From assembly GCA_963708135.1 (NCBI GenBank), contig OY970192.1, positions 2,624,001 to 2,688,000 of the forward strand: a DNA stretch of 64,000 bases. The letters run 5' to 3'. The notes beneath the pieces were generated by a model. It did no database searches. It worked only from the letters and a program-made list of their open reading frames with translations, and was not told the DNA's origin. This stretch comes from an uncultured Gemmatimonadales bacterium (GTDB lineage Bacteria; Gemmatimonadota; Gemmatimonadetes; Longimicrobiales; RSA9). Below are positions 41,397 through 51,573 of the stretch, in pieces. Each line of letters starts with the position of its first letter. Position 1 is the stretch's first letter. The position numbers and the translations under genes were made by a program.

Positions 41397-43165
41397 GACT
41401 CACCCTGCCTGAGGATGTGAGGCGTGACCATGATGAGGAGGTCGCGCTTGGTCTCACTGTTCGTGGTGTTGCGGAAGAGGCCGCCGATCACGGGCAGGTC
41501 CATGAGCAGCGGGATCCCCGCGTGGACCTTGCTCTTCTCGATGATGGTGAGGCCGCCGACGACGGCGGTCTCGCCATCGTTGACGAGCACCTGGGTCTCC
41601 GCCTGCTGCGTCTGGAAGGTGACGCCGAGGTCGGAGGGAGCCAGGGCGATGTTGGATCGCTCCGCGTGCAGCTCGAGGAGGATCTGATCGCCGGTGACGT
41701 GGGGCGTGACCTTGAGGATCACGCCGGTGTTCTTCATCTGCACGTTGGCGCGCGGGACGTTGGCGCCGCCGGCCGCGCCGGTGGCGGCGCCCGCGTCGAT
41801 GACGCGGATCGGCGTCTGCTCACCGACCTGGATGTTGGCCTCGCGGTTGTCCATGACGGTGAGGACGGGCGTGGCCTGGATGTCGCTCAGGCTGAGGGTC
41901 TGCAGCGCCTCGACGAAGGCGACGAGAGAGTGGCGCCCGAGCACGAGTGAAGTAAGCAGCTGGAGCGTGGGCGAGGCGACGCGGGACGCCGCGTTGCCGA
42001 GCGCGGCGACCGAGTTGCCGCCGAGCAGGACCACGTTCTGGTTCGTCTGCTCCTCGGGCTCGAGGACGCCGTTGCCGTTCTTGTCGGCGAAGCCGGGGTT
42101 GACGCTGTTGAGCTGGTTGCCGCGCGAATCCTTCAGGTCGTAAACGATGCCGAGCCCCTCGAGCGCCGTGCGGTCGATGAAGAGCAGCTTGGCCGAGATG
42201 GTGACCTGTGGCGTGCGCACGTCGAGCTGCTGGATCATGGGCCCGAGGCGCTCGATGACCGAGCGGCCGTCGGAGACGACGATCGTGTTGGTGTTGCGGC
42301 TCGTGGTGACCTTGCCCCGGTCGGAGAGCAGGCCCTTGATGGCAGTGACGATGGAGTCGACGGGGATGTAGCTGATGCGGAACTGCCGCGTGACGAGCTC
42401 CTCGTTCTTCTCGTTCTCGCGCAGCTTCTCCATCTTCTCGACCTGGATGATCCCGCTCTCCATCTCCTGGGCGGCGAGGCCGTGGGCCTGGAGGATCGCG
42501 TTGAGCGCGGTGTCCCACGGCTTGTTCTTGATCTCCGCGGTCACCGTGCCGGTCACCCCCTCGCCCGCCACGATGCTCTTGCCGGAGAACTCGGCGAAGG
42601 TCGTGAGGACGTCGAGGATGGGCGTGGCGTCAAAGGAAACCGTGATGAGCGGCTTGTCCTGCGCAGGGTTGCGGACCGGCGCACGGGCGGGCGGCGCGGC
42701 GGGACGGGCCGCGGCCGGAGCCGGAGCGAGATCGGAGGCGTCGGGGGCGGCCGAGCGGTTGGCCGCCTGGATGACGGCGGGGCCGGTGGACCACGGCTGG
42801 AAGGCGCCCGCGGGGTTCGGGAAGCGAACCACGATCCTGTCGCTCTGCCGCTCGAGCGTGTAGCTGACCTTCTGGTCGAGGTCGAAGACGATGCGCACGA
42901 CGCCAGCGCGGAACTGGCTGGCCCGGACGGCGCTGATGCCGCCGCGGCCGACCTCGGCGTAGCGGGTCTCCGGCAGGCCCTGGCGGGCGCCGGTGATGTC
43001 GACCACGAGGCGGTCGGGCGCGTCGAAGAGCTGGTCCTCGACGCTGACGGGTCCGCTGACGCGGATCTCGACCTGCGTCTGCCCGTCGGCGGGCGTGATG
43101 CTGACCCCCGTGACCGTGGTCAGGGCGGTGAGCGCGGCCATCATGACCGCGAGCAGGAGACTCAT
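41393..43165 (-). CDS. pilQ: Type IV pilus secretin with an N-terminal AMIN domain
   Basis: AMIN (PDRLVVDI...VRIVFDL), N0 (PWDTALNAIL), LDVRTPQVTISAK, GVILKVTPHV, GIPLLMDLPVIGGLFR and LLIMVTP motifs. Confidence 0.93.
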   Translation of the reverse strand: MSLLLAVMMAALTALTTVTGVSITPADGQTQVEIRVSGPVSVEDQLFDAPDRLVVDITGARQGLPETRYAEVGRGGISAVRASQFRAGVVRIVFDLDQKVSYTLERQSDRIVVRFPNPAGAFQPWSTGPAVIQAANRSAAPDASDLAPAPAAARPAAPPARAPVRNPAQDKPLITVSFDATPILDVLTTFAEFSGKSIVAGEGVTGTVTAEIKNKPWDTALNAILQAHGLAAQEMESGIIQVEKMEKLRENEKNEELVTRQFRISYIPVDSIVTAIKGLLSDRGKVTTSRNTNTIVVSDGRSVIERLGPMIQQLDVRTPQVTISAKLLFIDRTALEGLGIVYDLKDSRGNQLNSVNPGFADKNGNGVLEPEEQTNQNVVLLGGNSVAALGNAASRVASPTLQLLTSLVLGRHSLVAFVEALQTLSLSDIQATPVLTVMDNREANIQVGEQTPIRVIDAGAATGAAGGANVPRANVQMKNTGVILKVTPHVTGDQILLELHAERSNIALAPSDLGVTFQTQQAETQVLVNDGETAVVGGLTIIEKSKVHAGIPLLMDLPVIGGLFRNTTNSETKRDLLIMVTPHILRQGES

Positions 43166-43623
43166 TCCTTCTCTCCTTCCGCGTTATTGGGCTTCAGGTC
43201 GAGCGTTTCCCGTCGCACGACGCCGAAGTTGTTGACCGCGAAGATGACGCGGTCCTGGTCGATCTCGATGACGCGGGCGTTGCCCAGGAGATCACCCTTG
43301 CGGACCTTGTAGACCTTCTTCGAGCCGGCATCGGCGAGGAGCACGACGCTGCGCCCGGGCGCGTCCGAGTAGATGATCCCTCGCAGCGAGAGGTCCTCGA
43401 AGCGGGGCCCGATATCGAACCGTCCGACGAGCGGCGTGAATGGGTCGCGGCCGGGCGCGGGGTAGCTGAACACCTCGCGGTCGAAGGCGAGCTCCGGCCC
43501 CGGCTCCTTGCCGGCCATCACGGCAACGCGTCTGGGGGCGGGCCCCGGCGGGCTCTGGGCGGCGAGCGGCGCGGCGGCCGCGAGCGCGAGCGTGGCCAGG
43601 ACAGCAATGCTAGGTCTGGGCAT
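43162..43623 (-). CDS. pilP: PilP-like type IV pilus assembly protein
   Basis: RDPF.PL, LSLRGII and YKVRKGD.LG motifs; lies between pilO and pilQ; no lipobox Cys. Confidence 0.72.
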   Translation of the reverse strand: MPRPSIAVLATLALAAAAPLAAQSPPGPAPRRVAVMAGKEPGPELAFDREVFSYPAPGRDPFTPLVGRFDIGPRFEDLSLRGIIYSDAPGRSVVLLADAGSKKVYKVRKGDLLGNARVIEIDQDRVIFAVNNFGVVRRETLDLKPNNAEGEKE

Positions 43624-44218
43624 TCGGCTTCTCGACGGTCGGGGGCGCATCCTTGGGCGCCGGGATCACGTAGGTCTCGATCTTGAACTTGGCCTCGAGG
43701 CGCTGGAGCCCGTTCTTCTCCCTCTCCGGGCGGGGTTGCAGGTTGACCTCGAGCGGCGTGACGATGCGGGGGAGCGAGCCGACGGCGGTCAGGAACCGGC
43801 CGACGTTGGCGTACGGGCCGTAGACGCTCATGTCGTAGGTCTGTTTGTCGTAGTAGGCGCCGGGCACCTCGGCCTCGGGTCGGACGAGGGAGAGCTCGAC
43901 GCCGGCCTCGTCGGCGCGCTCGGTCATGACGTGGAGCAGCTCGGGAACTTCCTCGCTGGTGGGGATGAGCTGCTCGAGCCGGCGCATGTGCTCCTGATAG
44001 AGGGCGAGCTTCTGCTTGAGGTCGTTGCCGCCCTGGGCGAGGACGGCCTTGGCCTGGGCGTTCTTGGCAGCCAGGCCCTCGACGTGCTCGCGCAGCGTCT
44101 GCACCTCCTGCGTGCTCTTGCCGTACAGGAAGTACCAGTAGGCGAAGAGTCCGATGATGGGCAGCGCACCGATGAGGATGAGGCGCTGCTTCTTCGGGTC
44201 CTGCGGCAGGAACGCCAT
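43610..44218 (-). CDS. pilO: Type IV pilus assembly protein PilO
   Basis: N-terminal TM helix, coiled coil, LIPTSEEVPELL and G.Y...GRFL..V..LPRIV motifs. Confidence 0.88.
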   Translation of the reverse strand: MAFLPQDPKKQRLILIGALPIIGLFAYWYFLYGKSTQEVQTLREHVEGLAAKNAQAKAVLAQGGNDLKQKLALYQEHMRRLEQLIPTSEEVPELLHVMTERADEAGVELSLVRPEAEVPGAYYDKQTYDMSVYGPYANVGRFLTAVGSLPRIVTPLEVNLQPRPEREKNGLQRLEAKFKIETYVIPAPKDAPPTVEKPNAQT

Positions 44219-44875
44219 CTACTGCTCCTGTGTGAAGAGGGGCACCGTCTGGATCGCGTCCGGCGGCGGCGCCTCGTACCGGGCGTTGAGAGCGAAAGCG
44301 TGCAACAGCTTGCCGCCCTCCTTGACGAGCTCGGTCGAGGTGAGGGTGACGCCGTGGATGAACGGCGAAGCCTCGAGATCCTTCATGAACTCGGTAAGGG
44401 CAAACGTGTTTCCGGTGCGGCCCTCGATGCGGAATGTCGGGCGCCGGCTGGTGGAGTCGCCCTCCGTCGCGTAGAGGGCGGTCAGCCACGTGTAGGCCGG
44501 CAAGGCGCGGTTGACCTCGCTCAGGATGTGGCTCCAGACATAGCGATCGGCGTCGATCTGCTGGATGATCTGGAGCTTCTGGGCGATGGTGTCGCGCCGG
44601 GCCTGGAGGCGTCGGTTGGCGAGGATCATGGTGGCGTAATGGGCGGAGTCCTGGCGCGCCTGGTCGAGCGTGAGCTCGAGGGCGGCCTTCTCCGAGCGCG
44701 GGCCGAAGAACATCCAGCCCACGACGGCGGGTCCGATGATCCAGGCCGCGATGACGAAGGCAAGCACGCGATCGAACTGCGGCAGCCTGCCGAGCTTCGG
44801 CAGGGAACGGCCTGCGCGTGCGCCGCGTCGGACGGGGCGCTTCGTCGCACCGGGAACCAGATTGACTTCGATCAA
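44219..44875 (-). CDS. pilN: Type IV pilus assembly protein PilN
   Basis: IEVNLVP N-terminus, TM helix, LP...WLT and FM..LE.SPF motifs. Confidence 0.88.
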   Translation of the reverse strand: MIEVNLVPGATKRPVRRGARAGRSLPKLGRLPQFDRVLAFVIAAWIIGPAVVGWMFFGPRSEKAALELTLDQARQDSAHYATMILANRRLQARRDTIAQKLQIIQQIDADRYVWSHILSEVNRALPAYTWLTALYATEGDSTSRRPTFRIEGRTGNTFALTEFMKDLEASPFIHGVTLTSTELVKEGGKLLHAFALNARYEAPPPDAIQTVPLFTQEQ

Positions 44876-44896
44876 AGCGGTCGCCTCGCGTTCGTG

Positions 44897-45949
44897 CTAC
44901 CGGGCATTACGGAGGGCCAGGCCGATCGGCAGCATCAGCATGGGCGCGAATTCGTCCAGGGAGATGGACTGCGCGACCTCGGGCCGCACGGCCACGCGCT
45001 GGACGGGGCTCGCGGACTCGGCGGGGACGCCGAGTCGCGTCCCCAGGGCCGCCACCATCCCCGGGACGCGAGCGCCGCCGCCGGAGACGTAAACCTTCAC
45101 GAGACCGCGGGCGCCGGCGCCGTTGCCGGCCTGCTGGAGGACGAAGGCGACGGCGCGCTCGATGCCGACGGCGAGCTCGTCCACCCGCTCGCGGAGGAAG
45201 CCGGCGAGGTCGACCGCCTCGCCCTTGCCCTGGATGGCGGCCTCGGCCTGGTCGGCGGCGAGGCCGCGCTCGCGCTGGAGCGCCTCGCGCAGCCGGCGCG
45301 AGCCGAAGGGGACGTCGCGCACGAGCACGGGGACGCCGTCGGAGAGCAGGTCGATGTTGGTGGTCTCGTGGCCCACGTTGACGAGGGCGGCGAGGCCGCG
45401 GGTCGGCTCGGGGTAGTTGCGCTCGAAGGCGTTGTGGAGGGCGAAGGCCTCGACATCGATGACCGTGGGCCGCAGGCCGGCGTCGGCGAGCAGGCTCAGG
45501 CGGTTCTCGATGAGCTCACGCTTGGCCGCGACGAGCAGGACCTGCATCTGGGGTCCCTCGCCGTCGGGATCGAGGATCTGGTAGTCGAGCTGCACGCTCT
45601 CCATGTCGAAGGGCACGTGCTGCTCGGCCTCCCAGCGGATGACCTCCTTGGCGTCCGAGTCGCTCATCCGATCCATCTGGATCTTCTTGATGATCACATC
45701 GTGGCCGCCGACGGCCGCAACGACCTCCTTCTTCTTCAGGCCGGCGCTCTCGATGACGGAGCGCACGGTCTCGGCGACGAGGACCGGATCCATGATCTCG
45801 CCCTCGACAATGGCGTCGGGCACGAGCGGACTGGTCACGATCTGCGTGATCTCGGGCTCGGGCTTGGAGTGGTCGATGACGACCAGCTTGACGAAGCCAC
45901 TCCCAATGTCCAGCCCCGCGGACACCTTGCTGCGGCCGAATCGTCCCAT
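44897..45949 (-). CDS. pilM: Type IV pilus assembly protein PilM
   Basis: GLDIGSGFVK, WEAEQHVPF, VLLVAAK, IDVEAFAL and SGGGA motifs; C-terminal GLALR. Confidence 0.93.
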   Translation of the reverse strand: MGRFGRSKVSAGLDIGSGFVKLVVIDHSKPEPEITQIVTSPLVPDAIVEGEIMDPVLVAETVRSVIESAGLKKKEVVAAVGGHDVIIKKIQMDRMSDSDAKEVIRWEAEQHVPFDMESVQLDYQILDPDGEGPQMQVLLVAAKRELIENRLSLLADAGLRPTVIDVEAFALHNAFERNYPEPTRGLAALVNVGHETTNIDLLSDGVPVLVRDVPFGSRRLREALQRERGLAADQAEAAIQGKGEAVDLAGFLRERVDELAVGIERAVAFVLQQAGNGAGARGLVKVYVSGGGARVPGMVAALGTRLGVPAESASPVQRVAVRPEVAQSISLDEFAPMLMLPIGLALRNAR

Positions 45950-46055
45950 CAGCGGACCAGTCCTGTTCCCGGACTTGAAGAATGTCGGGGGAGACCAACG
46001 TGTGGAGATTCCACCTTAGCTACCCCCATCGAGGGTGTCAAGAGCGAACTCATGA

Positions 46056-47246
46056 TCAGCTGGCGCCCACGGCGGAAAGGTCGAACCAGGACCGGGTCGC
46101 GAGCGGCACGGGACGCACCACGCCGGTGAGGTTCTCCTGCGCGCGCTTGATGGCGCAGCTCGAGAAATTCACGACGGAATTGCCGAGCGCAGTGCTCGTC
46201 TCCGAGAGCACGCCGCCGTCGTAGAGCAGTGCGCTGCCGTAGAGATGCGCACCGGTCCCACTGGTGGTCATGCTCCCCTTGACGATCACGACGCCGTAGA
46301 AGTTGAAGCCGCCGGTCATATCGAGGTTGCCGTCGACCAGGAGGACGCCCTGTCCGGTGGTACTGGACGAGATGTGGAGATCGCCCTGGGCGTGGATGAT
46401 CGGCCAGTACATGTAGCAGGCGTTCGTGCTATCGGTGGGTGCGCCCCAGTTGGTCTTGACGCTGTGGTCGCACGCGCCGCTGGCGGTGAGGAGGGGACCC
46501 GTGCTTGTGATGGTGATACCGGCCGGCAAGCTGATGGTGGCCATGGCGGCGAGGTCGTCATAGCTGAGGTCGCCGTAGGAGAAGAAGCTCGAGTTGTCGA
46601 GGGCGGTGTCCTGCTGGATGGGCCCCACGATCACCGAGCTGCCCTTGTCGGTGATGAGCGTCGTGTCCTTGGCGACGATCGAGGCCTTGGTGCCGCTGCT
46701 GGTGCAGTCGTTCCAGTTCGTGGGGATGGTGTCGGCGCCGGAGATGGTCGCGTTGCCGCCGAGGTCGAGGGAGCCGTAGGTCTGGACGGCACGGTCGGCG
46801 GGGAAGCTGACGTTGATGGTGCGGAGCACCGTCGCGAGCGAGTGGGCGGCGCTCATCGGCTGGCCGTGGCGCATGAGGACGCCTCTCGAGCCGACGTAGG
46901 CGAGGCGATTGGCGAACTTCCGGATCGTGTACACGTACAGGCCGAGCGTGTCCGCGCCGGTCGTGACGTAGCCGGTGTCGGGCCCAACGGTGGTGTAGGG
47001 GGCGAGGGAGTTGAAGTCGTTGGCGCTCATGGTCCCGAGCACCCTATTCAGGCCCTGCTCGGCGATGTAGCCGGCCTCGTCGGCATTGCGCGAGCTGCTG
47101 GCGGTGGTGCTCTCCTGGTTGACGGCGTAGAAGCCGCCCGTGACGAGAGCGCCGACGACGACCAGGGCAAGCAGCGCGCCGACAAGGGCGAAGCCGTCGC
47201 GGGCGGAGCGCGGGGGAACGGGGCGGAGGTTGGTGTCCATGGCCAT
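46056..47246 (-). CDS. PilX-like minor pilin with a large C-terminal domain (cassette 1)
   Basis: RDG|FALVGALL prepilin site lacking E5; A.YIAEQG; C-terminal NWGAP...GDL...GQGVL region. Confidence 0.78.
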   Translation of the reverse strand: MAMDTNLRPVPPRSARDGFALVGALLALVVVGALVTGGFYAVNQESTTASSSRNADEAGYIAEQGLNRVLGTMSANDFNSLAPYTTVGPDTGYVTTGADTLGLYVYTIRKFANRLAYVGSRGVLMRHGQPMSAAHSLATVLRTINVSFPADRAVQTYGSLDLGGNATISGADTIPTNWNDCTSSGTKASIVAKDTTLITDKGSSVIVGPIQQDTALDNSSFFSYGDLSYDDLAAMATISLPAGITITSTGPLLTASGACDHSVKTNWGAPTDSTNACYMYWPIIHAQGDLHISSSTTGQGVLLVDGNLDMTGGFNFYGVVIVKGSMTTSGTGAHLYGSALLYDGGVLSETSTALGNSVVNFSSCAIKRAQENLTGVVRPVPLATRSWFDLSAVGAS

Positions 47247-47250
47247 GCTC

Positions 47251-48069
47251 TCAGTTCCCGCGGAGGTAGACCTGCGTGGTCAGCGAGTCGGCGTAGACGC
47301 GTGCGCTGGACGACCCGGTTCCGGGGGTCAGGCCCTTGGCGGTGATAGTGACGAGGGCGATGTTGGCCGGGTTGATCGTGGCCGCGCCGCTAGCGTCGAG
47401 GTAGCCGAGCACCAGGCCGTTCTGGGCCGGGGGCGCCAGCGGACCGATCAGCGCGACGGCGGTATCGCCGGCGATGCGCCGGCCGAGCGACCACTGGCCG
47501 GCGATCTGGTAGAGGCCGTAGGTGACCCAGCGGAAGGAGCGGACGGGCGCATCCTCGAGCACGCCCGAGAGCGCGCTGCCGGAGATGCCGCCGATGCGAT
47601 CATCCGTGGTCCCGGGCCAGCTCGTCGAGCAGGTCGTGTGTGAGGGCGTGTTCGCCACGCCGGTCACGTTCCAGGCGTCATCGCCACCGGTGTCGGGCGC
47701 ATGGTCGGCGAAGATGAGGATGCTGTCGTCCTTCGCGAAGTCGAGGGTGCCCATGCGGTGCACGTCGATGGAAGGGCCGGTCGCGTCGGTGGTGCAGACG
47801 AAGCCGACCTTCTCGAGGACGCGAAACCGGATGGAGTCGGTGGAGGCCATGGCGATGTCGCCGCCATTGGCGCTCGACTGGCGGAGCTCGGCGGCAAGGA
47901 CCTGGACGGCGGTGCGCATGGTCTGCTGCGTCGTGATGACGGCATTGAGCTGACGGCTGGTCCGCTCCTGGACGGCGAGGGTCTGGTAGACCGCGCTCAT
48001 GACCACGGCGCCGAGCACGACGACGATCAGGAGCTCCACGAGCGAGAAGCCGGCGCGGCGGGCGGTCAT
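47251..48069 (-). CDS. PilW-like minor pilin (cassette 1)
   Basis: MTARRAG|FSLVELLIVV; ELRQ; C-terminal VYLRGN. Confidence 0.8.
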   Translation of the reverse strand: MTARRAGFSLVELLIVVVLGAVVMSAVYQTLAVQERTSRQLNAVITTQQTMRTAVQVLAAELRQSSANGGDIAMASTDSIRFRVLEKVGFVCTTDATGPSIDVHRMGTLDFAKDDSILIFADHAPDTGGDDAWNVTGVANTPSHTTCSTSWPGTTDDRIGGISGSALSGVLEDAPVRSFRWVTYGLYQIAGQWSLGRRIAGDTAVALIGPLAPPAQNGLVLGYLDASGAATINPANIALVTITAKGLTPGTGSSSARVYADSLTTQVYLRGN

Positions 48070-48482
48070 GATCCGAACGGGCGGAAGAAGCTGACGACAA
48101 AGGTGTCGGCCGCGGTCGTGCTCCAGCCGTGGCCGAGGACGTAGCCGGGTCCGCGCGTAATGAAGGCGACGCTCTTGAAGTTGACCTGCCCGTTCACGCT
48201 CGCCCCATTGGTCACGTTCCACCAGACATTGTAGCCGTCGTAGGCGACGGCGCTGCCGGCGGCGCGGTTCACGATGCCGTCGAAGTTGGTGAGGCGCATG
48301 CTCTCGGCGGCCTCGGCGACGGCCGCCATCCGATGCGACCGCAGTCCGGCGACGCGGACCTGGACGCTCATGAAGGTCGAGGATGCGGCGAGGCCGAGAA
48401 GCCCGACGGTCAGGATGACCATCGCGGCCATGACCTCGATGAGGGTGAACCCCTGGCGCCCGTCGTGCGAGGCCGGACTCAT
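48066..48482 (-). CDS. PilV-like minor pilin (cassette 1)
   Basis: RQG|FTLIEVMAAMVILTVGLLGL. Confidence 0.82.
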   Translation of the reverse strand: MSPASHDGRQGFTLIEVMAAMVILTVGLLGLAASSTFMSVQVRVAGLRSHRMAAVAEAAESMRLTNFDGIVNRAAGSAVAYDGYNVWWNVTNGASVNGQVNFKSVAFITRGPGYVLGHGWSTTAADTFVVSFFRPFGS

Positions 48483-49000
48483 AGGCGATCGACCTGCCCG
48501 AGAACCTGGACACGGGCGCTGTAGGCCTGATCCGCGCGCGTGAAGGTCACGGTCTGGGGAAGGTCTCCGTTGGAGCAGGAGGAGAGGGCGAACCCGCGCG
48601 GACCGTAGCAGACCACGACAGTGGCATTGTCCGACGTCGAGACGGCGGTACCGTACTGGGTGCGGAAGTAGATGACGTCGATGGTTCCGGACGTATCCGT
48701 GATCCGTGCGAGGGCGCTGTCCGGCTTCAGCGTCATGGTTACGGTCTCGCCGCGCTCGAGCGCGTTGCTGCGGGCCCTGTTGGCGAGCCATGTGTAGGAG
48801 TCGCGGGCGGCGTGCGCGGCGGTGGAGCGCTGCGCAGACTCGAAGCCGGAGGTGGCCATCCCCAGGAGCACCGTGGAGATGAGGAGGACGAAGAGGAGCT
48901 CGATCATGGTGAAGCCCGCGCGCACGCCACGCGGCCGCCGGCGCGTCGCGCCGGGTGCCGTCGGGCGCAGACTCCACGCGCGTCGGGCTGATCGGATCAT
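48479..49000 (-). CDS. FimT/FimU-like minor pilin (cassette 1)
   Basis: RAG|FTMIELLFV; AR..A; YGPRG; C-terminal G.V; RBS GGAGG; start 49000 or 49006. Confidence 0.78.
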   Translation of the reverse strand: MIRSARRAWSLRPTAPGATRRRPRGVRAGFTMIELLFVLLISTVLLGMATSGFESAQRSTAAHAARDSYTWLANRARSNALERGETVTMTLKPDSALARITDTSGTIDVIYFRTQYGTAVSTSDNATVVVCYGPRGFALSSCSNGDLPQTVTFTRADQAYSARVQVLGQVDRL

Positions 49001-49193
49001 CTTCACCTCCGGAAATCGGCGCGCCCGGCGCGGATGGATACCGGCCGGGGGCTTGCCGGGCCGGGCATACGAGTTCCGTGCCCGGGGCCAAGGCGCACCG
49101 CGACAACGATTTGCGGTACGAGTCCGGCTTGCCCGCCGGAAAAATTGTATCGGCTCCCGGTACTCTTTTCGACGTCATTCGAGCGCCATGCCG

Positions 49194-50429
49194 TCAGAAG
49201 AGCGGGATCCACCAGCGGCCCGAGGGCCGGAGCGGGCGGTCGAAAGCGGAGCGCAGCAGCGCCTCGATAAGCGGGCAGGCGCGGTAGGCGATCGCTCCCG
49301 CGATGCTGGACGGCGAGACGGAATCCGATGCCGCCCCCGCGGCGGGGGAGGCGGGCACGCCGGCGATGCGGACGGCTCCCTCGATGCTCGCGCCCGCGTC
49401 GATCTCGAGGCTCGCCCCGACGAGCACGGCGCCGAAGAACCGCGCCCGCCCGCGGACTACGAGCCTGCCACCGACCGCGAGCACGCCCTGCCCGACCCCG
49501 CCGTCGATGACCAGGTCCCCCGGGGCGAAGATGAGCGGGAAGTAGGCGCCGCAGGGCGCGGTCGGGTCGAGCGGCGCTCCCCAGTTGGCGGGCGCGGTGG
49601 CGAGGCAGGTGGCGCCGTCGTCGACCGGCGCGGGCCGCAGTGTGCCGCTCTCGGTACGATCGGCCAGTCGGCCGATGTCGTTCCAGGTGAGCGGCCCGAG
49701 GCCGCCGCCGCCCGGCGCATCCGCCGGGGCGGCGGCGGTCGGAGCGAGCGCGGGGTCGACGAGCAGCAGCGGTTCGCCCAGCAGCGTGCCGGGCGCCGCA
49801 TCGACGAGCGCGGCGTCCGGCGCCGCGAGCGCGGGATGCAGGGGCCCGCCGAAGACGGCGGCGAGCGTATCGGCGGCGCTGGCAGGGTCGCACGTGGCCG
49901 TCGCCATACCGGCCGCCGGCGCGGTGGCATCGACGCGGGCGCCGGCCGCGGTCGCGATGGGCGCGCCGGTGGTGAGGGCCGCGGGGAAGGGGGCGAGGAG
50001 CTCGCGCAGCTCGAGTGCTCGGACCCGCACGCCCGCCAGCGCGCGCGCCCGTCCGCTCTCGCCGCTCTCGCCGCTCTCGCCTCGGGCGCGGAGAAGGAAG
50101 GCGCCGGGCCCGAGACGCTCGACGGAAACGGCTGCCTGGTCGGGAGGCGCCGCCGCGATCCCGGGCGCCGGCATCTGCTGCCCGGGCGCGAGCGTGCGGT
50201 AGCGGCTGGTGCTCCAGCCGGCGAGCGCGGCGCGAGCGGCGGAGCCCGCGGCGGCGCGCGCACGGAGTGTGGCTGTCCGGGCGTGCGCCACCAGCACCTC
50301 TTCGGCGGCGACGAAGACGAAGGCGCCGATCAGCAGGGCCAGCGCGGTGAGCGCCAGCACGGTGATGACGAGGACGATGCCGGGCCTGCCGGCGGGCTTT
50401 CCGAGCTGCCTGCTCACGGCCTTGCTCAC
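49194..50429 (-). CDS. PilX-like minor pilin (cassette 2)
   Basis: RPG|IVLVITVL; shares NWGAP..C..Y.P.I.A.GDL.I...GQGVL with 46056..47246. Confidence 0.72.
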   Translation of the reverse strand: MSKAVSRQLGKPAGRPGIVLVITVLALTALALLIGAFVFVAAEEVLVAHARTATLRARAAAGSAARAALAGWSTSRYRTLAPGQQMPAPGIAAAPPDQAAVSVERLGPGAFLLRARGESGESGESGRARALAGVRVRALELRELLAPFPAALTTGAPIATAAGARVDATAPAAGMATATCDPASAADTLAAVFGGPLHPALAAPDAALVDAAPGTLLGEPLLLVDPALAPTAAAPADAPGGGGLGPLTWNDIGRLADRTESGTLRPAPVDDGATCLATAPANWGAPLDPTAPCGAYFPLIFAPGDLVIDGGVGQGVLAVGGRLVVRGRARFFGAVLVGASLEIDAGASIEGAVRIAGVPASPAAGAASDSVSPSSIAGAIAYRACPLIEALLRSAFDRPLRPSGRWWIPLF

Positions 50430-51199
50430 CGGCCGCCTCCACCTGCGGGAATGCCCGGCGCCGCGGGCGTGTCCGGCGGCGGCGCGTTCAGGAACGGGAT
50501 GTAGAGGTCGGGCGGGGGCATCCGGGGTACGCCGCCGGCCGCCGGCAGCCGCAGCCGGACCCGGACGCCACCCGGGACGGAGTCGAAGCCGGCGTCACGC
50601 GTGTCGAGCCGCTCGGCGGTGAGCGGCTGCCGGCCTCCCAGCGCGCGACGGTAGCGGAGCGCCCCCGACGCGAGCAGGTAGGTGCCGCTCTCGAACACGA
50701 GCACGACGGTGCCGGGGGGCGGCGGCGCCGCCAAGCTCCAGCGCTGGGCGACCGCCGAGTCCGTCGGGTGCGTCGGGTCCGCCAGGCTCACCGGGCACGC
50801 GCCGGGCGCGGGAGCGGCCCCGGCGAGCGCCTGCGCGCTTTCCCCGGCCGCCGCCTCGGCGAGCACCGAGTCCTTCGCGGGGTCGGGTTCGCGCATGCCG
50901 TGATAGGCGACGACGGCGGCTCCCGCCTCCGCGGCGCACACGATCCCGCCGCCGCGGAACCAGCGGCCGGCGAGCGAGTCGGCGCCCAGGGCGCGGATGT
51001 CGGTGGCGGGATCGAGCCAGGGCAGCTCACCGCCGAGCACGTGCCCGACGGTGCGGACCGCCTCGGCATCCTGGACACTCTCGGCGGTGGCGCGCGAGAA
51101 CCGGAGCTGCACCTGCAGGATTCCCGCGACGGCGGCACAGACGAAGGTGCCGAGCGCCAGCGCGACGACCAGCTCGAGCAGCGAGGTGCCCCGCCTCAT
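50426..51199 (-). CDS. PilW-like minor pilin (cassette 2)
   Basis: MRRG|TSLLELVVAL; G.VC and KDS.L segments shared with 47251..48069. Confidence 0.72.
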   Translation of the reverse strand: MRRGTSLLELVVALALGTFVCAAVAGILQVQLRFSRATAESVQDAEAVRTVGHVLGGELPWLDPATDIRALGADSLAGRWFRGGGIVCAAEAGAAVVAYHGMREPDPAKDSVLAEAAAGESAQALAGAAPAPGACPVSLADPTHPTDSAVAQRWSLAAPPPPGTVVLVFESGTYLLASGALRYRRALGGRQPLTAERLDTRDAGFDSVPGGVRVRLRLPAAGGVPRMPPPDLYIPFLNAPPPDTPAAPGIPAGGGGR

Positions 51200-51573
51200 C
51201 GCGCGCCGTCCAGCCGGGGCGCCGAGACGGCGCCGATCACGTCGAAGCTCAGGGAGCGCCGCTCCGCGCCCACGCCATAGCTGGCGTCCAGCCGCACCCG
51301 CAGGACGCCATTCTCGCCGCGGGCGACGGACCAGCGGACCGCGATGCCGCCGGCGCTTCGCTCGCCGGGGGCCGGATCCCGCTCGGCCACCAGCGAATCG
51401 AGCAGCGCGGCCGCGAACGTGGCCGCGCGCGTCTCCGTCTCGGCCGCGCGCAGGTGCCTCGCCCCCCAGCCGCCGGCCGCCGCCGCTGCGAGCGCGCCCA
51501 TGCCGAGGAGCACCAGGGCGAAGACCACCTCGACCAGCGTGAAGCCGCCGCGACCCCGCGCGCGCGTCACCAC
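51196..51573 (-). CDS. PilV-like minor pilin (cassette 2)
   Basis: RGG|FTLVEVVFALVLLGMGAL. Confidence 0.75.
   Translation of the reverse strand: MVTRARGRGGFTLVEVVFALVLLGMGALAAAAAGGWGARHLRAAETETRAATFAAALLDSLVAERDPAPGERSAGGIAVRWSVARGENGVLRVRLDASYGVGAERRSLSFDVIGAVSAPRLDGAR

Noticed and set aside
43610..44218. PilO as the pilin oligosaccharyltransferase (TfpO/PilO)
   Set aside because: Name coincidence; this is the single-TM alignment-complex PilO within pilMNOPQ
49060..49090. Sigma-54 promoter for minor pilin cassette 1 (minus strand GGGCACGGAACTCGT)
   Set aside because: The -12 element is GT rather than GC; too weak to call
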